Positions 39,207 to 51,786 of a stretch of DNA of 64,000 nucleotides are shown here, in pieces. Source of the DNA: Octopus sinensis (taxonomy: Eukaryota). A program made the translations under genes and the position numbers. Below the pieces are notes generated by a model. It saw nothing but the letters and a program-made list of their open reading frames with translations. It did not search any database and was not told the DNA's origin. The stretch spans positions 47,120,001 to 47,184,000 of the forward strand of contig NC_043008.1 of NCBI RefSeq assembly GCF_006345805.1, in the 5' to 3' direction. The first letter of the stretch is position 1. Each line of letters begins with the position of its first letter.

Positions 39207-42200
39207 ATGGATTACATTTATGTTGGTTGTTTGAATGTGCGCGGCCTGGGAGCAGGCTGGAAGCAAGGTCGCTTCCTGCATGATATCAGGTCGCGTAATT
39301 TAGATGTTATTGTTGCTACAGAAACCCGGTTAGAGGGGCCAAGAGGTCTACTCCCGCTGTTTGACGGCTACGAGAGTTTTTTCTCTCCTGGCAGTCCTAC
39401 AGGCGGGAGTGGGGTGTTGGTCCTATTAAAAAGAAACCGGGTTTCTGAGAAAAAGTTAATTTTTGCAGATCCAGAAGGTAGGCTGGTCGTCATGGATTTG
39501 ACGTTCAGTAATGGTAAAGTTATCAGACTGGTTGCAATTTACGCACCCAACCATACAGGGCAAAGTGATTATTTCGTGAACTAGAAAACTTTCTTGGTAC
39601 TTCGCATTCATTAGTGGTGCTAGGAGACTTTAACACAATTTGCAAAGCGGATGTAGATTATGTTGGCTCGTGTCCAGATAGAAAAGGCAACAGTGGCTTC
39701 ATGGAACTGCTAAGCCGCTTTGAGCTAGCAGATCCTTATAGGCTGGAATTTCCGAACGCTCCATTGTGGACATGGTCAAACAGCGACGGATCTTCCAGGT
39801 CATATTTAGATAGAATACTAATTAGAAAAGTAGACAGTAAAATAGCTAAGTGTCCACAGTTTTACCCGATCAGCTACAGTGATCATAAAATGGTCACTTG
39901 TAAGCTTGACATAGATAAGGTTAAAAATAGAGGATCCGGTTACTGGAAACTTAATACGTCCCTTTTGGCGATTAAGGAGTACAAAGACCGGATTAGGAAT
40001 ATAATTCAGAGGGCACTATCTGGTACCATCATTAATAACAAATGGTGGTACGCCCTCAAACGAGCCATCAAGTTTGAGTCTATTAGATATAGCATAGGAG
40101 TAGTGGCTAGAGAGGCTAGAAGGGAAACTACTCTAGTTAAGGAATTAGAGGAAGCCATGAAAACTGGCTCTGCGGCTCAGGTGGCGTCCAAGAGACTGGT
40201 GTTAAACCAGCACCTCGAGGCCAAACACATGGGCTGCATTGTCAGGGCTAGAATCCGCCATATGGGATGTGAAGGAATCAACGCGCGTGAGATGGGCCCG
40301 AGTGGTGGAAGCTCGGCATGGTAACGATGCCACGATTCGATCTTTGACGAACCAACAAGGTGAGTTGATAAACGAACCCGAGGAGATGTGTGAGGCCTTT
40401 CAGGAGCACTTCGCTCAGCTTTTCGGTGAGTGCGGCGGACTGGATAGGAGGAGGGCCTTTACGGACCTACTCGACGGGCTGCCGCGCTTATCGGGGCGAG
40501 ATGCGGAGGGCTGTGAAGGGCCAATCACGCCTGAGGAGGTGGTTGAGGCAATGGCGGACTGCGGCGCGGGCAAGGCGCCGGGTTTGGATGGTCTACCCTA
40601 TGAGTTATATAAGAGTATGCCAGACTTGTTCGGGCACCTACTGGCGGAGGTCTATGCGAACTGGCAGCAGAACGGGCTTATACCCAGATCTGTGCGCCGG
40701 GGAGTAGTGACTCTCGTCAGAAAGGACCCGAGCAAGGGGGAGTGCATTGATAATTTCAGGCCCATCACTCTGCTAAACACAGAGTTGAAGATTTTGGCCA
40801 AAGTGTTATCGAAAAGATTGGCGCGTGTCGCGGATGGTCTGATCGGAGAGGCACAGACATGTGCCGTTCGGGCAGATCCATTCAGGATAATCTCCATCTA
40901 ATGCGGTACACTATAGAGGGGTTTAATAGTGATTCTGGCAAGGGTGGGGCACTGGTCCATTTAGACCAATCTAAAGCTTTTGATAGGGTCGACCATCGTT
41001 ACCTGGTATCTGCCCTGGCACAGTTCGGGCTGAGCCTTGGCTTCCTCAGGTGGATTATCCAAATTTATGATAACATCGACTCGGTAGTTCGGGTGAACGG
41101 CTTCTTGTCGAAGCCGTTCAAAATCAACGCTCGGTTCGTCAAGGGTGTCCGCTCTCCCCGCTTTTGTACGTGATGGCTCTTGAGCCATTACTGCGAAAAC
41201 TGAGCGGCATCCCGAGACAGCCAGGTAATGGAAAATCAGTGTCAGCGTACGCGGATGACATCACCATCATCGTAACCGAAATGGACCACCTATGTAAAGT
41301 AGGCAAGGCCATAGAGGTTTACGAGACGGTGACAGGAGCAAAAGTTAATCGCGAAAAGTCAGTCGGCTTGCAACTCGGCACCTGGAGAGGCAAGTCGATG
41401 CCTCCTGACAGCGTCGTGGGACGTTGGACGGAGGGTCCGATTAAACTGCTAGGGTCTGGTTCGGTCCAGACCTCCAAATAGAGAAGAATTGGGGCGAGGT
41501 AACGAGCAAGGTGGCTGCAGTAGCCAAGACCTGGTCTTGGCGGTGGCTATCCCTGAAAGGGAGGGCGGAGGTGGCCAATGTGTTTATCGCATCGGTTATC
41601 ACCTACCGCCTTTCCGTCGTTCCTTGCCCTGATTCGTGGTTGATCAAGTTGGAAAGACAGCTCTTCTACTTCTTGTGGAAGGGCGGGAAACCACTTGTGA
41701 AACGCTCTACTTGCTGTCAACAACCGTTAAAGGGTGGGCTAGGGATGCCTTGGCTGATGATGCGCAGACATGCGCTGAGGTAAGACATCTGTGGCTCTAC
41801 CTGGATGGTGAACGGGTGTGGTCTTCGCTAGCAAAACTGATGTTTCCCAAGTTCACTAGTTTCGGTGGATGGGAAACCTGGCTGAATCGTAGATCGAAAC
41901 TTGGTACTTGGTACACGGAGTGTCGCAAGGCTCTCCTGCTATTCCGTCGCTCGGGCAACGCCTGCGGTGGGGGTTCCACCACATTCTTCTATAGAGGGTT
42001 GGTAGAGGCGGAATGTGAAGATACCTTGGGGGAAACCCTAGGTCTCGACGATAATCAGCTGGCCAGTCTGTTCCGACGTACGTTCGAGCCGAGGACACTG
42101 GACAACTTCCAGAAGTCTCTGGCATGGCAATGCTACAGAGGAGCTCTACCTGTTCGGGATAAACTCGCAAGGCACGGTGGCCAAGACAGTCCGATATGTC

Positions 42201-42598
42201 CAAGATGCGGGCGGGATAGGGAAACCGTCCCGCACGCTATTGTTCATTGTCCGGACGTGTCTGAGGTGTGGGTTTATGCCGAACACCTGTTGTCAGGTAC
42301 ACGAAGAGTACAGCTGTCGACTGAGTCGATTACAAAAATTGACCCACCGGATTTCCTCGTGAATGAAGGTAAGTTTCGTTTTCTCGTTGTAGTAGCAATT
42401 GCGAAAGAGGTGATATGGAAGACGAGAATGAAAGGTTTACAGTCAGGCAAGTTCATCTCCGGCCCTGGTTTGATGAATTATTTCATCTTTCACCTGAAAA
42501 GGAAGATAGGGCTGGAGAGAATATGCCTGACTAGGAGAGTGTATGAAGAACGATGGAAGGATGTAGCACGAAAGTTGCGAGTGAAAGATACAACATAA
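39207..42598 (+). CDS. ORF2 of element B: APE endonuclease, reverse transcriptase, C-terminal CCHC (~1130 aa after frameshift repair)
   Basis: NVRGL, ETRL, GDFN, YLDRIL, SDH, YWKLN; KAPGLDG, FRPITLLN, LDQSKAFDRV, RQGCPLSP, YADD; CPRCGRDRETVPHAIVHC. Confidence 0.92.
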
Positions 42599-42853
42599 AT
42601 GTAATACCAAGCGCAACCAAAAGTATCAGTGGGGAGGCGGGGCTCGTGGGGTCCGAGCTAAACCCGCACCCACTCCACCCGTAATGTCTTCCGGTCTGTC
42701 CCATCATTCGATTTCTGTCCATTTATTGTAATTCATGAAAATTTTTAATCGATTTATTGTAAAAACCCTTCGTTTGTCTGACCCCATCATCAGATTGTAT
42801 TGTCCCATCTATGTTCGCCCCTTGTGGGTAATAATAAAACACCATGGAGGAAA

Positions 42854-43145
42854 GCACCTTCGAAAAGTGTCTTGGTGCGACTATGAAAGGTATCTAATCA
42901 GAGGCGGTAAATTCGCCACAATAGAAGCAAGGTTCGAGTCAACGGAGCGTGCAAGGGAGTACTCGACTCGAACTTGCAAAGTGGAATATTTTATTTTTAC
43001 TTTATATCTGGGACGTAGGACGTCCCGGAAAAAAATTTAATGCCCCCCCCCCCAGAAGTAGAGGTAGGCTGGATTGTAGCCACACTTCTATACAAGAGAG
43101 AGGACAAGATACAATTGATCGAAATTACAAGAGACGGGCTAACAA
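42854..43145 (+). pseudogene. 3' part of relic LINE ORF1 (target host)
   Basis: STFEKCLGATMK, YLIRGGKFATIEARF, YLGRRTSR, PPEVEVGWIVA align with ORF1 of A and B directly after the 5' part. Confidence 0.75.
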
Positions 43146-43327
43146 TTCCAGTCTGTTATATATTTTGAGTATTGTTATCACACTAGCGATATCAAGATAT
43201 AACTTTGTATTTTGTATTTTATGTGTAGATGTATATATATAGATGTACATGTAATATGTACACATATATATACACATATATACATGCACTAGCACTATGA
43301 CCCGGCAACGACGGGTCTTTAATGCTA

Positions 43328-43370
<43 letters not shown>

Positions 43371-43415
43371 TTATATACACGTACGCACACATATATGTAT
43401 ATATACATTGTACAT

Positions 43416-43463
<48 letters not shown>

Positions 43464-43496
43464 CACGTACGCACACATATATGTATATATACATTG

Positions 43497-43534
<38 letters not shown>

Positions 43535-44243
43535 ATATATACACACACTTTAGAATAATTAGAATTTTTACCTACGTACCAAAGAAATTCATTCGCTCAT
43601 GGGTATGGCGGGTTTGGTTCGGTACCCGAGAGTAAAATGATTTCGAAGAATTTTGATATTTTTACTTTCAATAAAGATAGAAAAACAAAGATCTTTAGTT
43701 TAAACAATTCTTTCTGTATCTTTCTTTTTTTAATTTAGAATACCTATAAAGAGTAAACAGAGAGCCATCCCTATATTGTCCCACATCCAATGCGGTTATT
43801 CACGATGTCTACATTGAAGAATATACATCTGTACTCAGTGTAATGTTTTGGCGGTATCAGAGAACTCTCTCGTAATGTCAAACTTATCTGATCTAAATTT
43901 CCGAGTCTAGTTCTTTTCTTCTAGTTCTATTATAGTTTCACTAGCCGTTAGCATATCAACTTGATTGAGAAATCTGAAATCCTCATCGCAAACATTAACG
44001 TGTTATTAAGTATGATAGGGTTAATAGAGGTGTAACAGTTAGATATAACAACTTGAATGAATTTGCTACGTTTTTTATCGTTAACATCAATAAACCATTC
44101 TATTACTTCCGAAGCATTAGACCATAAACTAAATTTAATTTTTTTTGGTCAAAGCATACGCGAGTGCTAATCTATAATAAATTTACCAGCAGTTTTTTAA
44201 GAAAATTACGTATACACACACATGCGCGCTCACCCACCCACTG

Positions 44244-44330
<87 letters not shown>

Positions 44331-44353
44331 CATGCAGATAGATAGACAGATAG

Positions 44354-44391
<38 letters not shown>

Positions 44392-44543
44392 GTATAGTGC
44401 CAGTCGAAAGCGGTTACATTCTTTATGAGCGGTCAACCGTGAAATGATATGCTTGATACGGTGCAGTCTTTTTCCCGCACAGCAAAGTATAACTGTAATA
44501 CCTTTTCATTCTTATAAGTTTCACTCGGCCAGTTTTTATGTTG

Positions 44544-44581
<38 letters not shown>

Positions 44582-46961
44582 GCTTTAATCTTTATTTAAT
44601 ATTTGGATATATCTATGCTGTTTTCACCTATATAGTAGTTTGCGAATGAACGATATTGTTTCGTTAATGACCGACTGAAAAACGCGTAGCCTTCCATTTA
44701 TTCTACCCCCCACACACACACACACACACACTCTATGGCTGCTTAATTCATGAGAGCTTTGTGTCTACAAATTGTCTGGTATAGGATGGCCAAAGAAAGT
44801 AAGTAGTGTCCTTTGAGCAGCGGAGAAAAAACTATGGAACTGTCCCCCAGGAAACTCACGCAGCTTTTTTTTTCTACACATCTAAATTACCGCAAAGAAG
44901 TGCCTATAATTTTATATTTGTCTCAAATACAAATCTTTGTAATATTAAAATTTCTTTCACTGTTCCCGATGCCCGCAACGTTGTGCGTACTCTCCATGTC
45001 TGTGTGCGCTTTCATGTGTATCACTGTGCATGTGTTGTGTATACGTGCAAGTGTGTGAAAACATCTAATTCATCTGAATATAAGGCATATTCTAAAAGTG
45101 CTGCTTACCCCACTCAGGCAAGTTTACTTCAACTTAAGAAAAACTTAAAACAAACAAAATCGAATATTAAAGTTAATGATGAGTTTTGTGAAAAGTTGCA
45201 AATTTTCATGAAAATTTGTTTGCTTTGAATTAACTTCTAGCTTAGAAAAACAAATATATTTAAAGTGGTTCAGTCCAAGCAAAGAATGCGATTTAAGAAA
45301 ACCGATTAGATTAAATTGCAAAGGAAAACGTGTTAAGCGAAATATCACAATGAAAACAATGAAAGAAATTGCTTAGAATTAAATGCAATCAGCTTAGAGT
45401 AGCCAAACAGTTCCTGAATTGTCCCTTTACAAAGATGGTTATATAGCAAACCTAAAGAAAACACAATTCTTAAGAATCTTCTGTGAGTAACTACAATGAT
45501 TCTTACTTTTATTTTCTGAATTTCAAGGAACCGAAAATAAATATATAAAAATTTTATCCGCTTTTACTCGTAATTTCGTCCACTCTTTCGTCACAAACAC
45601 AATACAGACAATTTGGAATTAAGGAATGGAAAAATGCGATTTACATTGTGTGTAGGAATAAAAACAAAAATAGACGAAATTCTTTTCAAATTACCTTTCT
45701 GCGACAAACATATACATTCCTGAAATCAAATTGGTAGTGCCGATTGCGCAGAAATGAATGTACAAACATCACTCCCGTAAGCAATACTAACATTCGTTTA
45801 AAAAAATGTACATACATATATATATAAGGAAATAAGAGCGAAAACAGTAATAAAGTGCACCCAATTCATAGAATGGTTTCACAATAATTCATTTTTGTGA
45901 TTAGTTAAACTAAGTCTAGAGTAAGCAGCAGCAACAGAACGATTTTACTTCAGACTTTACCGGTTCCCGGGCGATGTTCATCCATTGGCAAGCAGAGTGT
46001 CGAACAAAATACTTTTCAGGTCTTTGTTCCGGCTCTATATAGCCTAAATTCAAATACGGCGGAGGCTCCTTTTTATCCCCTCGGTGTTCATATAATGTTT
46101 CCAATAGAAGTAATTCTACTGATTAAACGCCACCCGACCGACCGCCAAATTCATGTCCCTTCTCTTGCACTAGAAACAATAAGGTCCTGACGTAAATGAG
46201 GTAGCTGCCTCTACACGCGTCGACCTCTGTAAAACAGTTCCGGAGTTTCTCTGGAACCTCACTTTACTGTCTTAAAACTGCAATGCCACAATAGTTGGTG
46301 CAATTCTTTTGGATATATCGTCTTAAAACAAAGTGCACTTAGATAGAAATCTTTGATCTATCATTGCTTGATCAAAACTTATATCCAGCTCTCGAAAGCA
46401 AAAAAAAAAATCATTCTCCGAACACCCCCCTCCTCATCTCCACCACAATCAATCAAGTCCTGAGATATTGCTTTGTGGTCGTATTTCTAAACAATGTCAA
46501 TAAAATATAACATTATCTGACATTTCAGTTATCAGCGGTAAAGTTGAGCAATAATGTTATCAGAAAATTAGGTCACACATGCACAACCGATACACACACA
46601 CACACATATACACACACATATATATATGTGTGTGTGTGTGTGTGTGCCTGTGTGTATATACTTACGTCACGTACAAGTATAAACATAAATACGCCAATGT
46701 GAATATGTAAATGCATGTATGAGTGTTTATATGTGCATATGTGTGAGAAGTGAATGCATGTGAGGGACTGGGCCTGTTTATACTAATCCCTATTTGGATT
46801 AGAATTTATAAGCAGAGTGTAAATAACCTTTACAAAACAATACGTTGTGCAACGTATTTGTGCTTGTATAAAGACATTTATAAATGATATATATCTCAAA
46901 CATTCATATCAGTTGTTGATTTAACATTTCCATTGATGAAAATATCACAAGCATATAGGAG

Positions 46962-47262
46962 ATTGGTACTCCGTCGCCTACGACGAGGGATCCAGATCAA
47001 AGGAAAAGCCTGCTTGTGAAATTAACGTGCGAGAGGCAGAGCGCTCCACAAACACGCGTACCATGTAGGGAGTTCCCATTAAGATTCAGCGAGGCACAGA
47101 ATGTGACATCGTTGGTCATTGAAAATACAGACACTACTCATTTTTGCCAGCTGAGTAAACTGGAGCAACGTGAAATAGAGTGTCTTGCCCAAGAAGTTCC
47201 AGAAATGGAACTCACAACCTTACGATCTTGAGCCGAATGCCCTTAACCACTCAGCCAAACGC
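46962..47262 (-). mobile_element. tRNA-derived SINE, third family
   Basis: TGGCTGAGTGGTTAAGG (A box), GTGAGTTCCATT (B-box-like), TTGGGCAAGACACT core. Confidence 0.7.
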
Positions 47263-47385
47263 CTTCTTCGATATGAGTACAAATAATCCATTTACTTACT
47301 AGTCATCTTTCAACTGAGAAAAAAGCAGAAATAATATCACACTAACCTCTACTGTAATCATCCATCATCAGGCGATGACCTTTAG

Positions 47386-47449
<64 letters not shown>

Positions 47450-48109
47450 CGTAAATGTCGAACGATGAATATGAGTGCTCAACACCGCATTGGTGGTTAT
47501 AATTTCTTTATTTGTGAATTAAGGTGACCATTGGTTTTATGTTAAGGAAAGTGGAAATTATCCTAGACTTTTAACAATCTTTCAAGCCGATCACATGGCG
47601 AAAGGTATTCGCCTCCATTTTGTAAAACGCAGCCTTCTTTAGTTCACGGAGGTTCTCTTAAATTCACGTGCATAAAGTAATCAATGAAGGGCCGTTAATC
47701 TTGGGTAGCATCTTTCGGATGTGTGTCTCGCTTGGATTTGTCTTTTGGGCAACTTTTGTTTCTTGCGGTCAATTTGTTCGCATTATTTTGTTTTTGTTCT
47801 GGACATGGTGTTCTTATACATGTGTGCTGAGGTAGTTCGTCATTAGGGCATATTTCTGTTTGTGTGAAGTTTGTAGGATATGTGCTTAGACGCTTAGGAA
47901 AGGGGCTGTCCCGGTGGGGTTACCTTCGCAGACAGCGAATCTTCTTTGAAATATTTGAGTATAAAATATTGCTTGTGTAGGCAGAGAAGAAGGTGTCACC
48001 CCGAACTTTTAGGATGTTATCTGTTGATTGTATAATCTTTGATTCTCCAGTAATATGGTGTTCACATTTCGTACCCCGTCCTTTGTATGTTTTTTTTTTT
48101 GGGGGGGGG

Positions 48110-48420
48110 GTTGTAACATTAATTTTCCATTCGATCTGGGGGCTGCTTATTCTATCTTTCAATGTCCATATCATATTTGACAGGGATGTTGCATGTTTGT
48201 TTTTTGCTTTTGTCTCTGAATAACGCTAGACATTGTGCATATCTTTCCTTGCCCGTCATTCCGAGCTACGTCTTTGCTGTTCGGTTAGGGTCTGTACTCT
48301 TAGCCTGGTATACGAGTTCTTTCTCGAGACAGTTATATAACTTAGATAACTTAGATATATTTCGACCAAAGATTGCTCCAGGCCATGTCTAACTTAATAG
48401 CACCACAGGATAGGATTATT
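48110..48420 (-). pseudogene. Penelope-like GIY-YIG endonuclease remnant
   Basis: CLEKELVYQAK, (Y)LGMTGKERY, WTLKDR...IEWKI. Confidence 0.65.
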
Positions 48421-48499
48421 CGAATCCTGTTTAAGTCAAGTTTTGTTTAAGTCAAGTTTTGTTCAAGTAGTGAGTTTTTGTTGGGTGAGTTGTATCCAA

Positions 48500-49053
48500 T
48501 TATGGCTGGCTTATCTGGTATTCTTTGAAGGAATCTATCCAGACTTCGTTTAAAGTTGATGGGATCCTTTTCCCTTTGATCTCCCTCGGGACAATGTTAA
48601 ATAGGGCAGGGCCTGTTGAGGAAAAGAAATTATGTTGCAGTGTACATGTATGTTGTGATCTTGAATTGGGCAGGGGACGTATGGCCCGTGGTCCCAGTCT
48701 TGGATGAACCTTGAAGCTAATGTTAAGGTCGTTTGGGCAAAGTTGGCGGTATATTCTCCACATCGTACAAATGATGTACCGCTCACGGTGATGCTGGAGA
48801 GAGTAGAGTTCCAAGGCTTTAAGGCGATCCCAATAATCGAGAGCAGCCATGCCTTCAACTCGTTTAGTGAGCGCCCTCTGGGGTGACTCAATTCTGGAGA
48901 TGTTTTGTCTTGTATGGGGAGACCACAGTGGGCAGCAGTATTCAAGGTGTGGCCGTACAAAGGAAGAGAAAAGTGGTATGATGACACCTTGTTCTCTGGA
49001 CCGGAAAGTTCTTAAGATCCAGGAACTCATCCTACGAGGTATATCGACCTTCT

Positions 49054-49055
<2 letters not shown>
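48500..49055 (-). pseudogene. 5'-truncated CR1-like LINE, RT C-terminus in an open frame
   Basis: FVRPHLEYCCPLWSP, IESPQRALTKRVEGM, DYWDRLKALELYSL. Confidence 0.85.
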
Positions 49056-49119
<64 letters not shown>

Positions 49120-49158
49120 CGGAGAGAAAGAGAGAGAGAGAGAGTGAAAGAGAGTGAT

Positions 49159-49880
49159 AGGTCTGATCAATAAGTATCCGGACAGTAGCCATAGTAAAGC
49201 ACGGAAAGTGAATCCACATAGCACAGATTGATGTTAACCTTTGCTGTGCATGTGCACTTAGTTTGAACTTGTAGCTCACTTCCGCTGCTTACAGCAGTGC
49301 TTCGGATTAACGTGTGTAACGTATAATCGTTGCATTGATCATCAGCTGCATACAAGTGTACGATTGTTTCAGACGTTTCCAAGATGGCCAAAAAAATTGT
49401 CGATAATGACGAACGTTCTGGGATACTTGCAAGCAGCACAACTAAAAAGAACATTGCAGATATGCGTACAGATGTGGTGGGGGGATATTGTCGAATCCCC
49501 ATCCACGTATTATCAGAGTATGTGTAGATTAGCTACGGTTCAGTTCTGTCTGTTATCACTGACGATTTGGGTGTAAGGCGCATATCTGCCAAGTTGGGGC
49601 CAAAACTGCTTTCAACTCACCAAAGACACAATAGCGTTCCAGCTGCCAAATATCTTCTTCATTGCGTAGAGAACAATGAAAACTCTTTGAAAAATTTGCT
49701 TAGGCCTCTGAGCAGGTATCGCCAAGCTTTTGACAAAAGTTCGATGCAGCTTCTCGGCTCGACTTTCTCTGTCATGGTCAATGGGACGAACACAGGCTAC
49801 AGAGCAGAGATCAAGTTGATGTGTTGCAGGTGGCTTCACTATTCATGTTTTAGCTTCGTTACTATGTCGACAAGCCTGAT
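49159..49880 (+). pseudogene. Rearranged mariner remnant
   Basis: TIR-like GGTCTGATCAATAAGTATCCGGAC; RFQDG...DERSG; TDDLGVRRISAKLGPKLL; N-terminal MTEKVE-like piece inverted at ~49690-49880. Confidence 0.7.
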
Positions 49881-50013
49881 AGTTATTAATTAGACCACGT
49901 ATTTACTAATAACTTCCAACCCAAAGCCAACCATTTAGAAACAGATAATGATACAGAGGCGGCACCGCAGTATCGCCACCTCATTTGGGCTCTAAACCTT
50001 GAAAGAAAGAAAG

Positions 50014-50410
<397 letters not shown>

Positions 50411-50739
50411 TCTTTCTCTCTCTTTTTTCGATTTACAAGATCATGCTGGCTTGCTTGCTTTCTAGCAAGCTAGATAGGTGGATAGATGGATAGGTGGATA
50501 GATGGATAGGTGGATAGATGGATAGGTGGATAGATGGATAGGTGGATAGCTGTAGGTGTCGGCAAGTAAAGAAACAGAAAACGTAAAGAATGGATTTATT
50601 AGATTGATGCTGAGAGAAGATTCTAGATGGAAAAATATGAGTGGAAATGGTGCTTTTGAACATGGCTCTTTTTCGGAAAGAGGAAAGAGTCCAAGGAGGA
50701 CGAAAAGGAGGAAGAATAGATAGTCAGAGAAAAGCTACG

Positions 50740-50788
<49 letters not shown>

Positions 50789-51786
50789 CGCACGCACACA
50801 CACATGCGTACATACTACGTGACTTCCGTAGCGTTACGGCAGTTTCAAAAGGTTCTTCATTTCAAATTAATTTCATTCGAGAGGAATCTATGCGCACGCA
50901 ACTGCATTCGCATGTTGTCTGCTCAGCAATATACAACAACAGAGTATTCCTGCATTAATGCAAATAAAGCTGGTGCCGCCTTCCATCAGCGAATCGTCGC
51001 GAACACTGCAACGAACTGTGATGTTCCAGTGATCTGGCGAGCTTTGTTTATCTACATTAATTTGTAAATACACAATTATATTGCATAATAATGACGTGCA
51101 TACAGACTAATGCAGATATGTGCATCATTTCTAGCCTATTGAAATCAATAGCTGTAATCATATGGAACCCACGTGATTAAATAAATGTACATTCAATTTT
51201 CACACATCCTGATTTTATGGGTTTCTTATATGCATATAGAATCCAGTAGAGGGAGTGGAGCAGACAGCATCCGGGCTACATATGGTTCCTAGCTAACAAA
51301 TCCTGTGACGTCATAATTATTCAGCCAATTACTCACCAGACCGAAGACAGCTTGATTATATGAAGGTTACATTGTAGTTTGGGAATCTCAAGTTAACTCA
51401 CAGAACGTTTGATTTGAAATGAGCGGTGAAGCGAGAACAAAATATAAGAAAATCATAGATGCTTGAAGAAAACAAATGGTTGAAGAAATAAAATGACCAG
51501 TCAGTAAGAAAAGTGCTGGCTAACCTGGTTTTAACTTATTTCCCTCAATTTAGATTTTTATTCGCATTTGTAGTAACTATAGTGGCTAAACTTTAACTAT
51601 GCATAACCGTTTTCAAATTAACGAACTTCGATGTGAGAAAAGCCTACAACTTTCGATGCCAAGAAATTATTGTTCTTGAACGTTGGAGTTTTTATACCTA
51701 GCACGGAATGCTCGAAGCTTGCAAACTTCCTACACTTATAATCTTGGTTCTTATAACTATTACATAGATGCCTGTGTATTATATAC

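Larger units (their letters stand above)
37622..42837 (+). mobile_element. Full-length L1/Tx1-clade LINE (element B), 5.2 kb
   Basis: 5'UTR, ORF1, ORF2 (APE-RT-CCHC), 3'UTR ending GTGGGTAATAATAA; flanked by TSD copies 37606-37621 and 42838-42853. Confidence 0.9.
31319..43328 (+). mobile_element. Non-autonomous Helitron-like element interrupted by the LINE array (termini ~31319-31590 and ~43150-43328)
   Basis: 5' A|TC followed by TATATATAAAACTGAGAATG and (GTCT)n; 3' hairpin GACCCG-7nt-CGGGTC (43299-43317) then CTAG|T; (TA)n on both flanks. That the two ends belong together is inferred. Confidence 0.55.

Noticed and set aside
31878-42837. LTR retrotransposon reading (gag-like CCHC, repeated 1.9-kb 'LTRs')
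   Set aside because: No TG..CA ends, PBS, protease, RNase H or integrase were seen; ORF2 is APE plus a non-LTR RT.
31862-42853. CRISPR-like repeat-spacer reading of the five 16-mers
   Set aside because: The 'spacers' are 1.9-5.2-kb retroelements in a eukaryotic context with no cas genes; TSDs explain the pattern.
45916-46104. 62-aa minus-strand ORF with a PPPY motif
   Set aside because: TTG start, no recognisable homology and no convincing splice sites.
51306-51340. CRE (TGACGTCA), CCAAT and a minus-strand GTGAGT donor
   Set aside because: Short motifs expected by chance in 64 kb, with no linked gene.
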